This document shows, in pieces, positions 18,294 to 22,924 of a DNA stretch of 22,924 nucleotides. Origin of the DNA: Deltaproteobacteria bacterium (GTDB lineage: Bacteria; SAR324; NAC60-12); contig JAYOTF010000001.1 of assembly GCA_038150265.1 (NCBI GenBank), forward strand, positions 190,790 through 213,713, read 5' to 3'. A program made the position numbers and the translations under genes. The notes under the pieces are model-generated. The model ran no database searches. It saw only the letters and a list, made by a program, of their open reading frames with translations, and had not been told where the DNA came from. How positions within the stretch are numbered: position 1 is the first letter of the stretch; every line of letters begins with the position of its first letter.

Positions 18294-19444
18294 CCGCTTT
18301 AACCGAAACCGTTGTCTCATTTTTTGAATCCAGCTATGGCGAATCTCCAGGCCGCGTGTTCCGGGCTCCCGGACGCGTGAACCTGATTGGCGAGCACACC
18401 GACTACAACGAAGGCTTTGTGCTGCCCTGTGCCATTGACTACGAAACGGTGATCGCCGCAAGGGTCCGGGACGACCAGTGGGTCCGGGTGGTCTCTGCCG
18501 ACTACCCCGGAGAGCGAGACGAGTTCAGCCTGCAGGCGCCGATTGTGTTTCAGGACGACCGCCTCTGGGTCAACTACGTCCGGGGGGTGGTGCAGTCGCT
18601 GCTGCAGGCGGGCCTGACACTCGGTGGGGTGGACCTGGCGATTCAGGGCAACATTCCGCAAGGAGCCGGACTCAGTTCGTCGGCGTCACTCGAGGTGGCT
18701 GTGGGCCAGACCTTCAAGGAACTCTTCAACCTGCCGCTGACGCAGACGGATCTGGCGCTGCATGGGCAGCACGCCGAAAACGACTTTGTGGGCTGCAACA
18801 GTGGCATCATGGATCAGCTCATTTCGGCAGAAGGGAAGCAGCACCACGCCTTGCTGATTGACTGCCGGTCGCTGGAAACCCGGCCCGTCTCCATGCCTGA
18901 GGATTTTGTGGTGGTCATCATCAACTCCAACAAAAAGCGTGGGCTGGTGGACAGCTACTACAACCAGCGTCGCGAGCAGTGCGCTCAGGCGGCCGCCGTG
19001 CTGGAGGTGTCGGCGTTGCGAGAGGTGTCGCTGGAGGTCTTTGAGCAGAAGCAGCACCTGCTGGAAGCCGTCCATGCCCGCCGTGCCCGCCACGTGATCT
19101 CGGAAAACGCCCGGACGGAACAGGCGGCCGAGGCGCTCGCACAGGGAGACCTGAAGCGGATGGGCGAGCTGATGGCGGAGTCGCACGCGTCGATGCGGGA
19201 CGACTTTGAGATCACGGTTCCGGAAGTGGACGAGTTGGTGACGATTGTGAAGGAGGTCGTTGGCCCGCGAGGGGGCGTCCGGATGACCGGAGGGGGCTTT
19301 GGCGGGTGCATTGTGGCGCTGGTGCCTCCGGACTGCGTGGAGCCGGTTCGGGAAGCCGTAGCGGCCCAGTACCAGGCCCGGACGGGGCTGAAGGAGTCCT
19401 TTTACGTCTGTCACGCCTCGGCGGGCGCCGGACCGGTCGCGTAA
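18290..19444 (+). CDS. galK: Galactokinase
   Basis: [29 protein letters not shown] and [14 protein letters not shown]-kinase motifs; ATGA overlap with galT. Confidence 0.97.
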   Translation: MTALTETVVSFFESSYGESPGRVFRAPGRVNLIGEHTDYNEGFVLPCAIDYETVIAARVRDDQWVRVVSADYPGERDEFSLQAPIVFQDDRLWVNYVRGVVQSLLQAGLTLGGVDLAIQGNIPQGAGLSSSASLEVAVGQTFKELFNLPLTQTDLALHGQHAENDFVGCNSGIMDQLISAEGKQHHALLIDCRSLETRPVSMPEDFVVVIINSNKKRGLVDSYYNQRREQCAQAAAVLEVSALREVSLEVFEQKQHLLEAVHARRARHVISENARTEQAAEALAQGDLKRMGELMAESHASMRDDFEITVPEVDELVTIVKEVVGPRGGVRMTGGGFGGCIVALVPPDCVEPVREAVAAQYQARTGLKESFYVCHASAGAGPVA

Positions 19445-19524
19445 ACGCAGCGACCAACCCTAATCGCTCCCTCACAGAACCTGAACCCGGGGAGGCTACG
19501 CTTGAGGGGCCTGAAACAGGCAAC

Positions 19525-19625
19525 GAGACACCGAACAAGTGACCCCGACGCCTCCTCCCCTTTTTCACGGTGCCTTCCGGGAAAATCAATAACGGCTCCG
19601 CCTGACGATGCTTGTTCGGTGCCTC
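19525..19625. repeat. 15-bp inverted repeat closing a 71-nt structured interior (candidate ncRNA or MITE-like element)
   Basis: GAGACACCGAACAAG (19525-19539) versus CTTGTTCGGTGCCTC (19611-19625): 14 of 15 complementary, and the mismatch becomes a G-U pair on the minus strand. Inner hairpin TTTTC-a-CGG-tgcctt-CCG-g-GAAAA. Confidence 0.5.
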
Positions 19626-19823
19626 CCTCCTCCTTTCCCCTGCTCCTCTGCTGACCGCTTCCTGTCGGCACACGGCGCCAGCGCCCCCTGGGCACCACGC
19701 TGGAACCGAATCGTAATTCTCCAAAAACGTATCCTGAACACGAGGGCCTTACTGTGGAACGCTTCCAGCTCCTCCGTTGGAGTTTCGTTTCCGTGAATCA
19801 ACCCTTTTTGGATATGGTGAAGA

Positions 19824-20432
19824 ATGAAAAGCTTCCTGGATGCGCTTCGTGAACAACGCTGGGACGACCACCGGTTTTATCATCAGAGCCGGATCAATCA
19901 GTCTCTGCACCTGGTGAGCGCCATCAGCTTCGTGTGTGTCTACGTCCTCATTTTTACAGATCCGGTGCTGGCGGCTCTGGTGGGGTGGCTCTTCTCGATG
20001 GTGACCCGGCAGGTGGGGCACTTCTTCTTTGAGCCCAAGGAGTATGACCAGGTGAACGCTGCGACGCATGAGTACAAGGAGTCGATCAAGGTGGGCTACA
20101 ACCTGTTCCGCAAGGTCATCCTCATGGGGATCTGGGTGGCCACGCCGGTGGTGCTCTACTTCGATCCGACCTTCCTGGGACTCTTTGAGCCCTACGCAGA
20201 CACCTACGGGTTCCTGCACAGCATGTCCGTGCTCTGGATCTCGGTAGGCGTGGGCGCGGTGCTGTTCCGGATGGTCCACCTGTTCTTCCTGCAGGGGGTG
20301 CAGGCCGGAGTGGTCTGGGTGACCAAGATCCTCACCGATCCGTTCCACGACATCATGCTCTACTGGAAATCGCCGTTTTACCTGCTGCGCGGGGAGCTGC
20401 TGGACCCGATGTACGACGTCCGGCACGCCTGA
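19824..20432 (+). CDS. Mpo1/DUF962-like integral membrane protein
   Basis: DDHRFYHQSRINQSLH (H..N..LH pattern) and RQVGHFFFE (Q.GH..E) match the Mpo1/DUF962 His signature; several hydrophobic segments. Confidence 0.65.
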   Translation: MKSFLDALREQRWDDHRFYHQSRINQSLHLVSAISFVCVYVLIFTDPVLAALVGWLFSMVTRQVGHFFFEPKEYDQVNAATHEYKESIKVGYNLFRKVILMGIWVATPVVLYFDPTFLGLFEPYADTYGFLHSMSVLWISVGVGAVLFRMVHLFFLQGVQAGVVWVTKILTDPFHDIMLYWKSPFYLLRGELLDPMYDVRHA

Positions 20433-20447
20433 GCCTGGGGCCGACGG

Positions 20448-21347
20448 GTGGAAAAATCGCCGGACCGCCTGTGTGGGTGGACGGAGTCCGGAACCTGGTA
20501 TCACCGAGAAGGTCGCCCGGATCAGCCGCTGCTGCTGCTGATTCATGGCGCCACGGTGCCGTCCTGGGAGTTCGACCGCCTGGTGCCGCATTTCCACAAG
20601 TCCGGATGGCAAACCCTGCGCTTTGACCTCCTGGGGCACGGACAGTCCGCGCGTCCGGAGGGGCCCTACACGCTGGACGCGTTGGTGGAGCAGGCGGAGG
20701 AACTGCTTCGGGTTTTGGAAGTCCGGGGGCCTGTCGGGATCCTGGGGCACTCGCTCGGAGCGGTGATTGCCACAGCGCTGGCTCAGCGGCTTCCGGGGCA
20801 GGTGGGCGCCTTGATTCTGGTGGCACCGATGCTGGACTTCATGGGCGAGCAACCCTGGTCGCGCCTGCTGCAGGCCGAGCCGTGGGGGCTCTGGCTGATG
20901 AGGGGGCTGGTGATTCCGCTGCTGAAGCGTCGCCGCAAGCGACGGTATGAGGCGATTGGGGCTCCAGAGCTGGCGGCCCGGTTTGAGGAGCAGCTGGCGC
21001 GTCCCGGATTCGACCGGGCCCTGCTTTCTCTCTTTCAGAATCAAACCCTGGGCAACCAGGAAGCCGTGTACCGCTCTGGCGCGACCCTGCCGGTGGCGAA
21101 GCTGGTGGTCTGGGGCGAGGAGGACCGAGTCGTCTCGGCCGAGCAGGTGGCCGTGATCCGGGAGCAGCTGGGCCCCCACACGTTCTGTTCAGGCGCTGGC
21201 CTGGAGCACAACCTCCTGCTGACGCATTCCGCGTGGGTGTCGTCGGTGATGCTTGCGTTTCTGCAGGAGTCCCCCCTCTTGAGACGTCATGATGGAACAA
21301 CCCCTGTACCTGATTCTGCTGGCTGCCCTGGCGCTGTTCTCCACTGA
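20448..21347 (+). CDS. Alpha/beta fold hydrolase
   Basis: LLLIHG, FDLLGHGQS, nucleophile elbow GHSLG, WGEEDRVV (Asp) and LEHNL (His); GTG start. The last ~22 codons may be an extension (see findings). Confidence 0.85.
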   Translation: MEKSPDRLCGWTESGTWYHREGRPDQPLLLLIHGATVPSWEFDRLVPHFHKSGWQTLRFDLLGHGQSARPEGPYTLDALVEQAEELLRVLEVRGPVGILGHSLGAVIATALAQRLPGQVGALILVAPMLDFMGEQPWSRLLQAEPWGLWLMRGLVIPLLKRRRKRRYEAIGAPELAARFEEQLARPGFDRALLSLFQNQTLGNQEAVYRSGATLPVAKLVVWGEEDRVVSAEQVAVIREQLGPHTFCSGAGLEHNLLLTHSAWVSSVMLAFLQESPLLRRHDGTTPVPDSAGCPGAVLH

Positions 21348-21450
21348 AATCCGACACCTGAGCCGCCTGATGAACTGCCCCCCTCGGTTCTTTGCGCTGG
21401 TCCTGCTGGCGTCTTCTCTCTTCCTGGTGGGGTGCCTCTCCGGAATCTGA
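21289..21450 (+). CDS. Small 53-aa protein with two hydrophobic segments, absent from the ORF track
   Basis: MMEQPLYLILLAALALFSTEIRHLSRLMNCPPRFFALVLLASSLFLVGCLSGI*; CTG-rich codon usage like the neighbours; fills the gap up to the convergent MDR stop at 21476. Confidence 0.55.
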   Translation: MMEQPLYLILLAALALFSTEIRHLSRLMNCPPRFFALVLLASSLFLVGCLSGI

Positions 21451-21475
21451 ACCCCTGCTTCCCAAACGTCCGGAT

Positions 21476-22537
21476 TCAGGTGCCGCTGGAGGGCATGGAA
21501 ATGACCAGCTTGCCGAGGTGCTGCTTCGTGGCAAACTGTGCCTGCGCCTGAGGCACCTCCTGGAGGGAGAAGGTCTGGTCCACCAACGGCTGAAGCTCGC
21601 CGGCTTCAAGGCGCCGGATGAGGTTGGGGAAGACTTCCGGATTGATCATGGTGCCGCCGAACAGGGTGAGGTCCTTGAGGTAGAGGGTCCGCAGGTCCAG
21701 CTCCACCAGGGGACCGGCAATGGCGCCGGAGGTGGCATAGCGACCAAATGGCTTCAGCACCTCCAGCAGGTCGGGCCACCGTTTGCCACCGACCACATCC
21801 ACCACCACGTCCACCGCGTTTCTTCCCAACTCCTGAATCAGCGGCGCGTCCCGCTCCAGCACCTGCTCCGCTCCCACTTCCAGCAAGCGAGCCGCCTTGG
21901 GCGGAGAGGCCACCGCGATGACGTGGGCCCCGCGGGCTCGGGCCAACTGCACGGCTGCCGACCCGACGCCTCCGGAAGCTCCGGTTACCAAAACGCGCTC
22001 TCCGGACTGGACCTGGGCCCGGGTCAGGAGGTTCTCCGCTGTGGAGTAGGAACACGGGAAGGAGGCCAGTTCCACATCCGTGAGGGTGCTGCGGATGGGG
22101 TGGGCGTGCCGTGCTGCAACCACGGTGTACTCCGCAAAGGCGCCATCGCAGTCGGAACCGAAGTACCAGGGTGGGTCCAGCTCCTGACCTCCGGCTTCAA
22201 ACAGGCAGGGCTCCACCAGCACGCGGGCGTTCTGGAGCGCCGGATCCACCTCTTTTCCCCAAGCGACCACCCGGCCACAGGCATCCGCTCCCTGAATGAG
22301 CGGAAACGGAATGGCGGTTCCCGTCCAACTGGCGTCGCTGCTGCTGTGGTCTGATTTGGAGTACCAGCCCAGCCGGGTGTTGAGGTCCGTGTTGTTGACA
22401 GCGGCCGCATGAACCTGAATCAGGACCTCCCGAGGCCCAGGGGTGGGCACCGGAAGGTCTGCTCGGAACACCAGCTTTTCCGGACCTCCGTGTCCGGTCA
22501 GCTGAACCGCTTTCATGAGTTTGGGGAGGGAGCGCAT
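21476..22537 (-). CDS. Medium-chain dehydrogenase/reductase (zinc-binding ADH family, quinone-oxidoreductase-like)
   Basis: MKAVQLTGHGGPE, AAAVNNTD, QGADACGRVV, DGAFAEY, VLVTGASGGVGSA and GKLVI motifs; classic catalytic-Zn C/H ligands absent. Start at 22537 or 22516. Confidence 0.88.
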   Translation of the reverse strand: MRSLPKLMKAVQLTGHGGPEKLVFRADLPVPTPGPREVLIQVHAAAVNNTDLNTRLGWYSKSDHSSSDASWTGTAIPFPLIQGADACGRVVAWGKEVDPALQNARVLVEPCLFEAGGQELDPPWYFGSDCDGAFAEYTVVAARHAHPIRSTLTDVELASFPCSYSTAENLLTRAQVQSGERVLVTGASGGVGSAAVQLARARGAHVIAVASPPKAARLLEVGAEQVLERDAPLIQELGRNAVDVVVDVVGGKRWPDLLEVLKPFGRYATSGAIAGPLVELDLRTLYLKDLTLFGGTMINPEVFPNLIRRLEAGELQPLVDQTFSLQEVPQAQAQFATKQHLGKLVISMPSSGT

Positions 22538-22699
22538 GAGGCTGTTGGAAAAGATACGGGTTGGAGACGCCACATTGAACGCTTCAGCCGAGCGATGCGG
22601 CAACGAGTCTCAAGGCAGGGCTGAATGAGCCTTTCTGTTTGGTGCTTCATTGACTCTTACAATCGGTCCCTGACCGAGTTGACTCAATCAGTAGAGAAA

Positions 22700-22924
22700 A
22701 AGTGTGGCACCCCAATTTTTATAAATTATTGATATTTTTAATATTAAAATTAAACGTCATTTGTTTTTGATAAAAAATCATCAACAACCTGAAAAAAATC
22801 TATTGGATTTGTCCAAATAAGTGGATGGCCTCCTGTTGAGAATAATTTCACCACGCTATTTTTAATCTTACTTCCTAGTTCAGAAGCTGTGTTTTCTACA
22901 TTTGGAAGAAAGCTATCCTGCTTA
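22700..22924. promoter_or_regulatory. AT-rich non-coding region with an IHF-like site
   Basis: Sharp drop in GC; minus strand of 22722-22734 reads TATCAATAATTTA (exact WATCAANNNNTTR match); imperfect palindrome TATTGGA-tttg-TCCAAATA at 22801-22819. Confidence 0.45.

Larger units (their letters stand above)
358..22484. repeat. Dispersed, highly iterated palindrome TCCGGA (about 67 copies)
   Basis: Manual line-by-line count; first copy 358-363, last 22479-22484. Occurs in all three codon phases and in genes on both strands. Confidence 0.75.

Noticed and set aside
19445..19823. 6S RNA, SRP RNA or tRNA identity for the intergenic structure; short ORFs in this gap
   Set aside because: No SRP GGAA-loop/AGCAG domain, no cloverleaf and no convincing 6S central bubble; the ORFs are low-complexity with atypical codons.
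22700..22924. Replication origin
   Set aside because: No TTATCCACA DnaA boxes seen and no oriC-associated genes in the window.
1..22924. CRISPR array, IS/transposase, prophage, or defence/toxin-antitoxin system
   Set aside because: No regularly spaced repeats, terminal inverted repeats flanking a transposase, or recognisable protein motifs were seen.

Overview
GC-rich (about 60-65% by eye) bacterial chromosomal window of mostly metabolic genes. I saw no rRNA, tRNA, CRISPR array, transposase or phage gene. Order: tail of an upstream CDS; long biotin carboxylase-BCCP fusion; secreted coiled-coil protein with a C-terminal OmpA-like domain; def plus a DUF192 gene; an FAD oxidoreductase / DUF1365 / SAM-dependent fatty-acid methylase (cfa-like) operon resembling the ufaD-ufaO-ufaM furan-fatty-acid genes; an NDP-forming acyl-CoA synthetase-GNAT (Pat-type) fusion; kynU on the minus strand; a Lpd/SthA-like flavoprotein lacking both redox cysteines that overlaps dgoK; a sugar SDR, galT and galK (mixed De Ley-Doudoroff and Leloir galactose cluster); a structured intergenic element; an Mpo1/DUF962-like membrane protein; an alpha/beta hydrolase; a 53-aa membrane ORF missing from the ORF track; an MDR oxidoreductase on the minus strand; and an AT-rich terminal region. 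The strongest signal not explained by the genes is the window-wide, frame-independent over-representation of the palindrome TCCGGA (about 67 copies by hand count versus about 8 expected from composition), reminiscent of a HIP1-like highly iterated palindrome. All family calls come from motif recognition by eye; no database searches were run.
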